From Felis catus (lineage: Eukaryota): a stretch of 64,000 nt of DNA. Each line of letters opens with the position of its first letter. The first letter of the stretch is position 1. Of the stretch, positions 39,159-51,318 are shown in pieces. Location: assembly GCF_018350175.1 (NCBI RefSeq), contig NC_058368.1, forward strand, positions 96,784,001-96,848,000, given 5' to 3'. The notes under the pieces are model-generated. The model was not told the origin of the DNA. It worked only from the letters and a program-made list of their open reading frames with translations, and made no database searches. A program made the position numbers and the translations under genes.

Positions 39159-39333
39159 GGGGCGCCTGGAAGGCTCAGTCCATTAAGCATCTAACTTGTG
39201 ATTTTTGCTCAGGTCATGATTTCATGTTCATGGGATCGAGCCCCCCCTCAGGATTTTGTCTGTCTGTCTCTCTCGCTCTCTCTGCCCCTGCCCCCACTTG
39301 CTCACCCTCTCAAAGTAAATAACCATTAAAAAG
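39159..39333 (+). mobile_element. Can-SINE with an internal deletion
   Basis: Head and tail; aaaccact at both flanks. Confidence 0.9.
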
Positions 39334-40509
39334 AGTAAACCACTTGACAAAGGTCTCACAGCCAGTAAACAGCACCACTGAGGCTCCCAAGCATTCGGTT
39401 CAAAACCTCAGGAGCTCCACAGTAAAACCTGAAACAACACCACACACAGAGGGCAGGGAGAGATGGGAGAAAGGTGCAGACTACGCCAAATGGGAAGGTG
39501 ACCATTTCAGTGAACAAGGAAACTGACTTACGAGGCCGGTCTTGGGTGGCTGCAAGACGAGATCTTCACACTCACCGCCCAAATCGTAAAGTTTATATAG
39601 AAGCCTTCACTGGGTTCAGTTGCATACAACCTCCGGAGGCTCTCAACAACCCAAGCTCTCTCAAGGCTGCTTCCTTAAATCAGCTGCCGGCAAGATAACT
39701 GTAGGCAGCTGTGCCCAATCCTAAGCCAGGAGAGGGAGGGGGATGAGTCTCAGATTGCCTGGGTCCAGCCCAAGGGTCAACGAGGGGTCAAGACCCCTCA
39801 CTGACCTCCACCTACAAACCTATATGCCATCTTCTGCCCAGTTGGGCACCATTCCCCTCAGCCGTTCAGAGGATGTCTCTAGAATATGCTACCAAGTTTC
39901 ACACATGCTCTGGACCGCTCCTCATCCTTACCTCCATCTCTGCTTTGCACAGGCTCTGCCCTGGCGACCCCAGCTCTCTAGCTGTGGTACTGGTAATGAA
40001 ATTGGATGCCAAGTTGGTAATTAGTTCTAACACCGTCTCCTAAGTCCTTCCTGTCTTTCAACCCTCATCACCACTACAGCCATAGTCAGGTCGACCACCT
40101 TCAGAGTTCTGAAATCTTCAAAATGCACCCTTTATTCTAACAATATTCTGTATCTCCGATGTCTCATCTGCCTCCCCATGTTGCTTTGATCTGCAGGGTT
40201 AACTCCCATTCTTCGAAACATTTCTAAGAGCCCTTAACAATTGACCATGGAGACAAAGGCCGGGATCTCTATATCCATTTTTTGGTGTTCAATCATGAAT
40301 TTGTTATGACTGAAAAAAATAAACGAAGAGTTCCTTTTGGTTTTCTGCAAGATTTTCCCAATATAAACCAAGAAATGGGCTTTTTAAATTGGGATTTTTA
40401 AAACAAATGATAACCTAGGTCACACCAGAGTCAGTGACTAAGCACATGGCAAATTTTATGATACTCAAAGACAGTGACTGCTGAAGACACTATGTTTATT
40501 CATAACTGG

Positions 40510-41285
40510 GTGAGTCAATCATACATGCATCAAACATCTATTGAGTGCCTTCTGTATTTCGAGAACTGTTCTTGACACTAGGGTATGACCTTGAACAAAA
40601 GACATGTACTCTGCTCACATGGGGAATACATTCTAGTGAGAGAAACTCAAAATGAAAAAGAAACAAGTAAATAAAAATATAATTTCTGTTACCGGCAAGA
40701 AATGTCAATAAAACAAAATATTTCAAAAGATACTGAATAGAAGAAGGGCACCTGGGTGGTTCAGTCAGTTAAAGGTCCAACTCTCAATTTGGGCTCAGGT
40801 CATGATGTTGAGGTTTTTAAGATTGAGCCCTATAATGGGCTCTGTGCTGACAGCATGGAGCCTGCTTGAGATTCTCTCCCTCTCTCTATCTGCTTGTGTG
40901 TGTGCTCTCTCGCTCTCTCTCTCTCTCAAAATAAATAAACATGAAAAAAAAAATAAAGTGAATATGAGGGACTAGTTTAACATGAGTAGACAGGAGGGCC
41001 TATATAAGAAGGTGGTATTTGAGCTGAGGCTTAAATTATAAAGAACCACCAAGCAAAGAATTTTATTTTTGCATAGCAGGGAGGAGGTGTTTCTGGGAGG
41101 ACAAAAACAAGACTCAGATAGAACCAAATTCAAATTCTCGGGGAGAAAGAACAGAGGCCAGGAGAACTACCCTTTAATGATCAAGGTTTGGAGTGCTCAA
41201 GGTGGGGTAGGAGGAGTCAGGTGGAGGCAGAACCTTCAGCAGGGGCCTTGTAGGCAGGGTAACAATTTCAAAATGTGCTGGGTTT
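40510..41285 (-). mobile_element. L2 3' region interrupted by a SINE
   Basis: caaacatctattgagtgcct...ctctgctcacatgggga...gaaggtggtatttgagctgag. Confidence 0.65.
40746..40957 (+). mobile_element. Can-SINE
   Basis: Head, (CT)n and A tail. Confidence 0.93.
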
Positions 41286-41750
41286 GGGGCGCCTGGGTGG
41301 CTCAGTCGTTAAGCATCTGACTTTGGCTCAGGTCATGATCTCACAGTTCATGGGTTTGAGCCCTGTGTTGGGTGGGCTCTATGCTGACAGCTCAGAGCCT
41401 GGAGCCTGCTTCAGATTCTGTGTCTCACTCTCTCTCTCTCCGGCCCTTCCCCACTTGTGCTCTGTCTCTCTCTGCCTCTCAAAAATAAAGAAATTTAATA
41501 AGAGGGACACCTGGGTGGCTTGGTCGGTTAAGCATCCGACTTCAGCTCAGGTCATGATCTCATGGTCCGTGAGTTCGAGCCCCGCGCCGGGCTCTGTGCT
41601 GACCGCTCAGAGCCTGGAGCCTGTTTCAGATTCTGTGTCTCCCTCTCTCTCTGCCCCTCCCCTGTTCATGCTCTGTCTCTCTCTGTCTCAAAAATAAATA
41701 AACGTTAAAAAAAATTTTTTAAAGAAATTTAATAAGAAAAAAAAATTTTT
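41286..41750 (+). mobile_element. Can-SINE hosting a second SINE in its tail
   Basis: Head at 41286; tail split by a nested element. Confidence 0.92.
41504..41719 (+). mobile_element. Young Can-SINE nested in the preceding SINE tail
   Basis: Perfect 18-bp TSD taaagaaatttaataaga (41486-41503 and 41720-41737); several CpGs retained. Confidence 0.95.
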
Positions 41751-41966
41751 TTTTAATGTACGGAGTTTCATGTCCTCAGTGATCAGACTGAGTTTTTAAA
41801 AACAATATTAGGTCTACTGTGTATGTGGGCAATGGAGAGAGAGTGTGGAGAGGAGACTAGAAACCCAGGGGGGCAGCTGCGGGAATCTATGAGAAACATC
41901 ATAGCATGAATCCCGAGCCAACTGTGACAAGAAACTGTACAGAAAATGGAACACGGCCTTATAATG

Positions 41967-42106
41967 GATGCGGCCCCAACAGAGGATCTGGAGTGGACTC
42001 CACGCTGACAGCAGAGAGCGCCACATGCAGGGCTCCACACGAGCCGCCTGATCATGACCTGAGCCGAAGTCAGAGGCTTAACCTGAGCCCCCCCCCCAGG
42101 CACCCC
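41967..42106 (-). mobile_element. Partial, older Can-SINE
   Basis: gatcatgacctgagccgaagtcaga...caggcacccc; tail absent. Confidence 0.8.
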
Positions 42107-43455
42107 TGCAGCATCTTGTCAAGAAGAAACAACAATTGGATTTATAAGCTCGACCACTTTGCGCTCCAAAGTGGCACTGACTGCCCACCCTTGAGCTTGG
42201 GACCCTCCTTGTATTTTTTCATCTCATTGCCAACCCCCCCCCCCACTGCCTTCCCTTACACCTGTGTTAGTGTTTGCTTAGAGTGACTGTTACAGGAAGG
42301 AGCCAGTGTATTCTCTGTGTCCCGCACTCTGGGAGTGACATCTGAGAAATACAATAATGGGGCAGAGCCCTTTGGGGGCTTAGGTCTGGCATCTGTGCCA
42401 GTTTAACACTAGGTTTGAGTAGGAAATGTTGTTTCTCAAATTTCTTTGGGGGGGGGGGATCCCTCTTCTGGCAGCAATGACTTATTCCTGAACTATCATC
42501 AACTTAACAACATTTTAGCTAAATGGGAGTGCAAACCTCTAAGTAGTATTAATGCCTTGAACTAGAGTAACATAGCAACATATGAACCTCCTTTACTAAG
42601 TAATGGGGATTAATAATGTGACAGATGAAAGTGATAATATGTATAATGTAGAGTTCTCTTTTGCCTTCTTGCTATTACGTACTACCAACTACTACTTACT
42701 GGCCAGAGAAAGGATACAATGAACATTCTTCTTAATCCACAGGATTCCAGAACAGGACAACATGATTCAAAGATCCAGCTACAGTAAGAGTCACCTGTGA
42801 AATCTGCAACGTTGTCATGCTGATACGCAGAGAGTTCCAAAGCAGATGATAAAGAAATGATGTATAAATCCAAACTGAAATCTGTACCAAAAAATATGCT
42901 GCCTGTTTAATTCAAATGAAAGCAAGTTACATGTTTGTGAAAGAAACTAAACGGCACAGCAAAGAGAGACTAAGGCAGAAAAAGTTGCCTGAGAATATTA
43001 ACACAGGAGTTTTAGATGATTTGTTTACCTGCTAAGAGTCTCATTTATGCCTGAAAGTAAAAAATATTTTACGTAAAAAAGATAATCGTCTACAATGGAG
43101 AATAAATTATTTCAGAATTCCCAACAGGAAGTAGAGCGGTCTTTGCCAAAAAATTAATATTGAAAGAACTTCAGAATGCCACGTGAATATTCAAAATTTT
43201 GTTCCTCTACATTCATTCGATCATTCCTTTTTCTTTTAAGTGGTAAAAGGTCCAAGAACGTACATCAGAACTGGTTAGGCATGGGTTATAAATGATTATA
43301 TTGTTTATTATTTACCACAGAATGTAGGGAATATATATATATACCACAGAATAGAGGGAGAAGAACCAACTAAGAGCAGGGGATCCCAGAAACATATTTA
43401 CAAAGAGGCTGCTCAAAAGTTTAAAAATATTCCCAAGTTAAGAATACAAATTGTA

Positions 43456-43655
43456 GGGTAGCTGGGTGGCTCAGTAGGTGCAGTGTCCAGCTCCTGAGAT
43501 GGGCTCCAGCTTTGATCTTGCAGTTGTGAGACTGAGCCCCACATCGGGCTCTGTGCTGAATGTGGAGCCTGCTTGGGATTCTCTGTCCCTCTCTCTCTGC
43601 CCCGACCCCTCTCGTGCTCACTCTCTCGAAATAAATTAATTCATAAGTTTTAAAA
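43456..43655 (+). mobile_element. Can-SINE
   Basis: Head, body and tail; TSD aatacaaatt(g/a)ta. Confidence 0.92.
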
Positions 43656-44603
43656 ATAATACAAATTATAAAATTCTTCAAGATACGGTGAAAGATCAGT
43701 GTATATAATTTGAAGCAGTTGTAATACGGGGAGGTAACAATCTCTCTCGTGAGCTATTCGTTCATGAAGTCCTTGTCCCATTAACTCATGTAGGCCTGGG
43801 TTAAGGCAAAGGAATGAGATGAAAAATTCCCCATCAAGGATCTTTCTGTCTTTGGCAGCTGTCCTTAGCATATCCACGCACACGCACGTACACGTGCAAA
43901 ATCTATAATTTCTTTCAGAGTGATCTCAAAATCTCTAAAACCCATCCATGGAATAGCATGCCAATTGTATGGTGGATTAAGAAATGACCAATCTGAAGAA
44001 GAAAAGGCAAGATCCCACCTTCCCACCAACTCCCCATTCCCATGCTCCACAGAGGACTCCATTAACCCAGACCAGAGTTTCGAACAAACACAAGTGGCTC
44101 AGCCTCGTCTAATGGGTACAAGAAGGAATACACACTATCGGGTGAGGACGTCATCCCCCCAGCCAAAGACCCAGAGAGCCCACCGAGCTGTCCAAGATTC
44201 TGACTTCCCCTGGCTCAGCTTGGTACCTTATGCTAACCAAGCTTCTACACACCCATACTTTTAAAGTAGGCTAGCTGCCCCAAAACTAAGCTTGCACAAC
44301 CCTAAATGCCTTAGACCATTTTCTTTGTTAAGATAAAAGGTAGGAATACATTTACAAAATGAATTATCCCATGCTGTGGGTATGCCTGAGTTTGAAGTCT
44401 GCACTCTTTTCTATCTGTAGTAGACTTTAAACTGTAGATGCATGGGGGGAAGGGGGGAGGAGGCACATATTTTTTAAATACATGAACTTAGTCTCCATTA
44501 CAAAGTTATAATTCCATCATTTGTTTTTATCTTCACCTTTGAACAAAACAGAAAATAATCGCCTATACTATCACTGACCCCACAGTCTTTAATACGTACA
44601 TCC

Positions 44604-44921
44604 TGTCTTAGTCTGTCCAAGCTGTTGTAACAAAACATCACTGGCTAGTAGCTTACTTCTCACAGTTCTGGGGGCCGGAAGTCTGAGATCAAGGTGCCAG
44701 TATGGTCGGGTATGGACTTGCTTTCGGGTTGTAGACTTGCCATCGTACCCTCACGTGGAGGAAGGGGTACTGTGGAAGGGCATTACTTCCATTTACCAGG
44801 TCTCCGCCCTCGTGATCTCATTGCCCCCAGAGACCCCCACGTATTAAAACCATCAGCTTGGGAAGCTAAGACTTCAACATATCAATGTGGGGAAAGGGAA
44901 CACACACAGTAAGATGTAGCA
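44604..44921 (-). mobile_element. MaLR (MLT1A/MST-like) solo LTR
   Basis: tgtcttagtctg...tctcacagttctgggggccggaagtctgagatcaaggtgccag...ttcaacatat...tagca. Confidence 0.85.
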
Positions 44922-45079
44922 ATTCTCTCGTGTCCCAACTCTACAGTCTTACAAATTTACAGTGAATTGACGAAATTTCTATTTTATTTCTGATCTTAGA
45001 ATGTCTCTGTAAACTAATATATATATAGCTGAACCACATAAAATTGAATCATATCCTTAAGCAAATGAATGAACTTCAA

Positions 45080-46440
45080 AAAAGATGGCCACTAACACCA
45101 GGAATATGTTAACGAATGTTGACATTTCTGGCTAATGCGATAGAACAAGAAAATACGAAAACAAAGCATAAAGAAATCAGAGAGAAGGATAAAATGTCAT
45201 TATTTATACCTACTAATGAGGTTCTTCTTGGACACAGAAATGACAGAAAAGAAATCAAATCAATAGGATAGTTCAATAAAGCAGCCTGTTGAAATTATAT
45301 ATGTAAAAATCAACCACATCACAATGTGCATATAATAAAGACATATAATGAAAACTATCATTAACAAAAACATGTACATAGGTTTAAGATTCAACAAAGT
45401 AATAATTATTAAAATCTAGCAAAGATGAAGAAAACTACAAAAACATACTGACAAATGTAAAACAAGTGACTTAATTTAGTACTATTCTGTGATATTAAAG
45501 AGGAAAACTAATTCCTATATTTTACAGAAATTTAAATTCTCCAAAAGTTAATCTGTCACTCGAAGTGCAATTCCAGTAAAATTTTCTTTTTTTTAATTAT
45601 TTTTAATATTTTTATTTATTTTTGAGACAGAGAGAGACAGAGCATGAGCAGGGGAGGGGCAGAGAGAGGGGGAGACATAGAATCTGAAGCGGGCTCTAGG
45701 CTCTGAGCTGTCAGCACAGAGCCTGATGCGGAGCTCGAACTCACGGAGTGTGAGACCATGACCTGAGCTGAAGTCAGACGCTCAACCGACTGAGCCACCC
45801 AGGTGCCCCCCCAGTAAAACTTTCAATAGTACTTTATTTTAATTTGATGGAGCTTCTCCTGCAGAAAATAAAATGAATTATCAAACTCTTTAAAAAATAA
45901 ATAAATAAGAAATTGCCTTATTAGATACTAAAAGCTACCATAAAAATACAATAATTTAAAGCTCCAGTTATCAGCTTATATATATCAACCTAGGTTAATA
46001 GGCCTTTTCAAATGCCATGTGTGAAATATCACATGAATTAAAGAGTTAAATAGAAAATGAGCAGGCGTAAAGAAAATATTTCAAAAATCAATGACTATGT
46101 ATCTGATTTTAAGATGGGGAAAGACTTTTTAAATTGACATGTAAAGTCAAAATTTACACATGGTTATTAATAATTTTGATGGCATAAATTTAAATTTGCC
46201 ATCAAAAAAGGAGTCTGAACAATATTAAATGGCAAAAGCCATAAGAAGACATACATTTTCCAATATGTGACAGACAAAAATTAATACTCTCAATAAATAA
46301 ATACAGCAAACTTCCTAATAACAAAGCGATCGATAATGTACATGAATAAGAAACTTACCAAAGAAGAAAAACGAAGAGCAAATTACCATATTCAAACACA
46401 TTAGCACTCCGAACTATAAATTAGGATGAGATACAACTTC
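45080..46440 (+). mobile_element. Highly decayed L1 ORF2 remnant interrupted by a SINE
   Basis: A-rich; gctaatgcgatagaacaagaaaa, aaaatgtcattattt, gaagaaaactacaaaa, gaaaagacttttt. Confidence 0.65.
45582..45810 (-). mobile_element. Can-SINE (young-looking)
   Basis: Antisense, close to consensus; TSD ccagtaaaa. Confidence 0.95.
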
Positions 46441-46496
46441 ATTCATTTAACAGCTATTTGTAAGGTACTAACCGTGTGCCAGGAACTCTGTAGGTA

Positions 46497-46688
46497 ACTG
46501 GTTCTCACAGTGTGGTCCCTGGACCAGGAGCATTAGCATCATTTGGGAACTTGATTGAAATGCAAATTCTTGGATCCTAGGATACACTTTCCAATCAGAA
46601 ACTCTAGTAGTGGGGTCCAGCAATGATTGATTTGGTAAGCCTTCCACGTGATTGATTCAGCTGCACACTTAGGTGTGAGACCCTCTGA
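46497..46688. mobile_element. MER5A hAT-Charlie MITE
   Basis: tggttctcacagtgtggtccctggaccag...aaatgcaaattct...aatcagaaactct...tgagaccctctg. Confidence 0.85.
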
Positions 46689-46875
46689 TTTAGGTGAACA
46701 AAACAGACAAATATCCTTTTCCTTGAGGAACTTTACTTTAGGGGAGTGAGGCAGGACAGACAATAAATAAGTAACAAAACAAATGAATGATGTATTTTGA
46801 TCAGAGTAATGGAAAAAGCATAAGAGGAAGAGATTGGGAGTGTCAGGCAAGGACCAACCTATCATTTAAAAAGAG

Positions 46876-47141
46876 GTTCTCAGCTCTTATGTGGATCCTG
46901 AGAAACTTAACAGAAGACCATGGGGGAGGAGAAGGGAAAAAAAAAATTAGAGAGGGAGGGAGCCAAACCATAAGAGACTCTTAAAAACAGAGAATAAACT
47001 GAGGGTTGATGGGGGGTGGGAGGGAAGGGAGGGTGGGCGATGGGTGTTGAGGAAGGCACCTGTTGGGATGAGCACTGGGTTTGTATGGAAACCAATTTGA
47101 CAATAAATTTCATATTTAAAAATAAAAAAATAAAATAAATG
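46876..47141 (+). mobile_element. Young felid L1 3' end, 5'-truncated
   Basis: ctcttatgtggatcctgagaaacttaacagaagaccatg...aaccaatttgacaataaatttcat plus A tail; TSD aaaagag. Confidence 0.92.
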
Positions 47142-47706
47142 AAAAGAGCCAATGGCTTGATGAAGATGAGGAATTTGGCCACAGAAGTACCTGAAAGAAA
47201 AACATTCCAGACAGACGAACAACCAGTGCAGAGGGCGCTGTGTGTTTGAGGATTCAGAAAGGAAATCATAAAGCGGAGAGTGAGAATAGAAAAGACTACC
47301 AGCAATAGGATCAGGAAGATCATGGTCCAGAGGCCAAACCATATTAAGGCTTACAACTAATTGCAGGGAGTGGCTTTCCTCTCAATAAAACAGGTCACCA
47401 CTGCAGGTCTAAGAGCAGAGGTGTGGCATAACCTTTCTTAAAAATAACTCTAGTAACTATTTTGAAAATAGACTACTGGGAGCAGGGGCAGGGTGGTGTC
47501 AACTCAAGGATGCCAGGCCATGGACTGTCGGAGTAATTCAGGTGGGAAATGCTGGTGGCCTAGATCTAGATGGTAACACGGTGGTGCTGATGGGATGTGA
47601 GTTATAAGAAAAAGCCAAGAGAGAACAGTGACTCTAAGTTTTGAGCATGAGCAACTAAAAAGTCTGAGCTGTCATCAACTGAGATTTTTACAAAAGCCTG
47701 TAAGGA

Positions 47707-47892
47707 GGGGAGCTTGGGTGGCTCAGTCAAGCATCTGACTTTGGCTCAGGTCATGATCTCTCAGTACCTCGAGATTGAGCCCCATGTTGGGCTCCCTGCT
47801 GGCAGTGTGGATCCTGCTTGGAATTCTTTCTCTCTCTCTGCCATTCCCAGCACACTCTCTCTGTCTCTATCTCTCAAAGTAAATAAACCTTA
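47707..47892 (+). mobile_element. Can-SINE whose tail runs into an AT-rich tract
   Basis: Head, body, (CT)n and aataaa. Confidence 0.92.
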
Positions 47893-48198
47893 ATATATAT
47901 ACGTATATATACACATATATATACGTATATATATAATATAAATATATACATTTAAATACAAACGTAATTTGTATATATATAACATATACATATAATATAC
48001 ATACACATGTAAATATATAATACATAACATATATATGTAAATACAAATATAATTTGTATTAATATAATTAATATATAAGTTAATACTAATTAATAATATT
48101 TAAATAATGTAATTTCTATAATATTGTAATAATATATTAACACAAGTTATATATATATTATTTCATTATATATATGTGTATATATGTATATATGTGTG

Positions 48199-48244
<46 letters not shown>

Positions 48245-48250
48245 ATGAAA
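47893..48250. repeat. AT-rich (TA)n/(TG)n/(CA)n low-complexity tract containing palindromes
   Basis: Direct reading; inverted arms at 48161 and 48250. Confidence 0.93.
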
Positions 48251-50764
48251 AGCAAGGAGAAAAACATGGGGTCTACTAACACTTAGGAGAGGACGCAAGT
48301 GTGCTGAAATCACCACAGTACCCAAATCTTATACTATGTGGTGTATATGTAACACTTCTTTCTCTCGGCCATATCGGCCTTCCTGCAGACAGTGTGAATT
48401 AAGGATTAGAGCTCAAAGTAGGCAAGGGTGCCCAGCAGATGGAAAATGTTGTAGCAAACACATGCTTGCTGTCAGAAAGGTTTAGGGGGCTCTTACTCCT
48501 GGCCCCTGACTGTAACTTGCCATAAGCTTGCAGAGGTTATTTTTGTTTGTTGTTTCTTTAGTTTTCTAAAATAGCAAAGGAAATCCATATTACAAGCAGC
48601 AGACTACCAAGAAGAGAATTGTAGGAGCAAAATTGACACTGTGTGTTACTGTGGAAGTAAAAAACAGTGTATCAAAGAATGATGAATTATATCAAATGCC
48701 GCTGATAGGTCAAATCAAGTGGATTGAGAATTCATTACTGGGCTCTTCAGTGAGCTGGTCCCTGGTGGTCCCTTCCCAAAGCAGTTTTTACAGAGTGGTA
48801 TGAAAGAATCTGAACAGACGGACTGCAAGGAGAAGAGGAGGAACAGAATTGGAGACCATATGTATACACAGCCTTGTTCAAGGAATTTTGCTGTAAAGGG
48901 GAGCAAAGAAATGGGGTGTAATGGGTGTAATGGGGTAATTGGTGGGGGAGAAAGGAATAGATTTTTTTAAGATTGGAAAAGTTATAGGATTAGTGTGTTC
49001 TTCAAGGGATAATCCCACCGGGGGTGGGGCATTTATGATGTAGGAGAAGAATTATTGGTACAGCATTCTAGAGTACATGAGATGGGACAGCTTTTGTGCA
49101 CAACTCAGAGAGTTCATGTTATGAAACATGAGAAGACAGCATGTGGTGCTGGGGGGCTGTGGGATCTCTCTTCCCATTTCAACTTTCTCAGGAAAATGGG
49201 AAGCAAGGACATCTGGGAAGGGGGTTGAACTTAGAGGGTAAGGAGCTAGAAGAAAGTGCAAGATGAAGAAGGAGAGTGGGCAAAGTGCTGGATCCTGGCG
49301 GGCAGGGGCATATGAGGTTTGCACACACTGAGAGGGTGGCAGAGTTCTGTTTTTGTGTTTTGTTCTGTGTTTTCTCTAGCCACATTCCTTTACACAGGTG
49401 CAGAGTGGATCTGGGGGCTGGATTTTGCCTGCATTGTAGTTTTGCCAAATGAGTCTGATAAAGCAAGAGGGGTTCGAGGGCACCGGGGATGTTTGCAAAA
49501 GGATATGATGAGAAAGGCTGACCACGACGTACACTTAAAAAGAAGGACACTGAGACAGTTTCAAGAAGATAAACACATGCTGTAGGAACAACCTGAACTC
49601 TGACTCCACTTTTATATGAGATAGCATTTGAGAACAAAAATGTATTCATTTTCTTCCCAACATAGAACAATAATATATTATTCCTATACAATAACCTTCA
49701 CAGAACCCATTTTGAAATGCCACTTTAGGTTTATGATACGCATTTATTTCCAACAACACCCCTTCATGCAAAAGAAGCAGACAATGAAGAGATAAGCATA
49801 CAAATATCACAATGAAAGAATTGCTCTTTTTAAAAACAGCCACTCTCAATTTCTAGAAGGCACTATATTTTCCTTCTCTTCATTCAGCATGGAATAATAT
49901 TCACTGATGTTCTTTCTCTAAAGGTAACTTTGTACATTTGTATATTCTCCACCCACCCCCCCACCCCCGCCGCCATGATTCCAATCTTATTTTCATCAGC
50001 AAAGTTGTTAATAGAAGTTCCAGGAACTTTTTTTTTCTTCACTGCACACTGAGAAGACATCACAGGAAAATTGTTCCACCACATAAATACACCTCACAGT
50101 GTCTAACGCTGTCCAATTCTTATAGTCACCGCTGACTTAGCTACATATAATATGGCTGCAGCTCACATACACCCACCTGTGGAGTAAAAAAGCGGCTTAT
50201 CCCCCCAAGAGGGTATCGGACTCAGATGAATAGGCCCATGTTCACACGATGCCGATGTGTTATCAGAATTATCTTATCATTGGTCTTAAAAAAACATTTT
50301 AACGCATTATATTTCAGAAAGCTACAATCTTATGTCAGATAGGTAGATAGACAAATGAGAATTTCTTGCATGCTAGAATTGCAGTTCAATCCCTTTGAAG
50401 TTTTTATGTTGGCTTCTTTTTTCTCTTTCCATCTAGACAATCCCTTATGCCCATATGTGTTTATGGCACAAATCTATTTGTGTATAATGTCTCCCTCTGC
50501 TCCACTGTCACCCTGCATATGTTAGACGACAATGCCTGTGTGCAGGAGGGATCTTTGTGAACTGGACTACAACTAGAAAGAACATTCACACTGAGTCCAA
50601 CAGGAAGGGGAAAAAAATAGCCATCATTTAAAAGGAAGCAATGATCTCTACACTGCATTTTATTTCTCTTTACCTGGAAAAATCTGAACAAAATTGGAAA
50701 CAATGTTCTACAGACTTCTGGAGCTTGTTAAAAGGGAAAACCAAAGACATTTGTTAGTTAGTTC

Positions 50765-50971
50765 TTTTTTTTTAATGTTTATTTTTGAGAGAGACAGAGA
50801 CAGAATGCGAGTGGGGGTGAGGCAGAGAGAGAGGGAGACACAGAATCTGAAGCAGGCTCCAGGCTTGAGCTGTCAGCACAGAGCCCGACATGAGGCTCAA
50901 ACTCACAAGCCATGAGATCATGACCTGAGCCCAAGTTGGATGCTCAACCAACTGAGCCACCCAGGGGCCCC
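50765..50971 (-). mobile_element. Can-SINE
   Basis: Antisense; TSD agttagttctttttt. Confidence 0.95.
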
Positions 50972-51083
50972 AGTTAGTTCTTTTTTAATCACAGATATTA
51001 CCCCGTTATCATTTGTTGCTATGACTTAACATACTAAAAGAAAGAAATTCAAAACATTATAAAATAAGGTTTCAAAAAATTTT

Positions 51084-51318
51084 GGGGTGCCTGGGTGGCT
51101 CAGTTGGTTAAGTGTCTGGATCCTGACTGTGGCTCCGGTAATGATCTCATGGTTGGTGAGTTCAACCCCATTTTGGGCTCTGTGCTGACAGTGTGGAGCC
51201 TGCTTGGGATTCTCTGTCTCCCTCTCTCTCTGCCTCTCCCCTGCTTGCACTCTTTCTGTCTCTCAAAAATAAATAAACTTAACCAAAATAATTTTTTTAA
51301 TTAAAAATAAAAATAAAT
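51084..51318 (+). mobile_element. Can-SINE
   Basis: Head, body and tail. Confidence 0.94.

Larger units (their letters stand above)
46440..49550 (-). mobile_element. Long fragmented L2 (3' end into ORF2) with nested MER5A, L1, SINE and AT tract
   Basis: attcatttaacagctatttg...gtgccagg; tcaaatgccgctgataggtcaa; caaggaattttgctgtaaaggggagca. Confidence 0.7.

Noticed and set aside
41275..41697. Recurring ORFs containing SAQVMIS...GSVLTAQSLEP (here and at many other sites)
   Set aside because: These are Can-SINE translations, not a gene family.
47225..47240. CTCF-like motif cagagggcgctg
   Set aside because: Only the 3' half of the consensus matches, and it lies inside an L2 remnant.
46907..47342. 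138-aa and 131-aa minus-strand ORFs
   Set aside because: They are antisense to an L1 3'UTR and overlap L2 remnants.
49188..49691. 167-aa minus-strand ORF
   Set aside because: It overlaps decayed L2 sequence and shows no conserved motifs.
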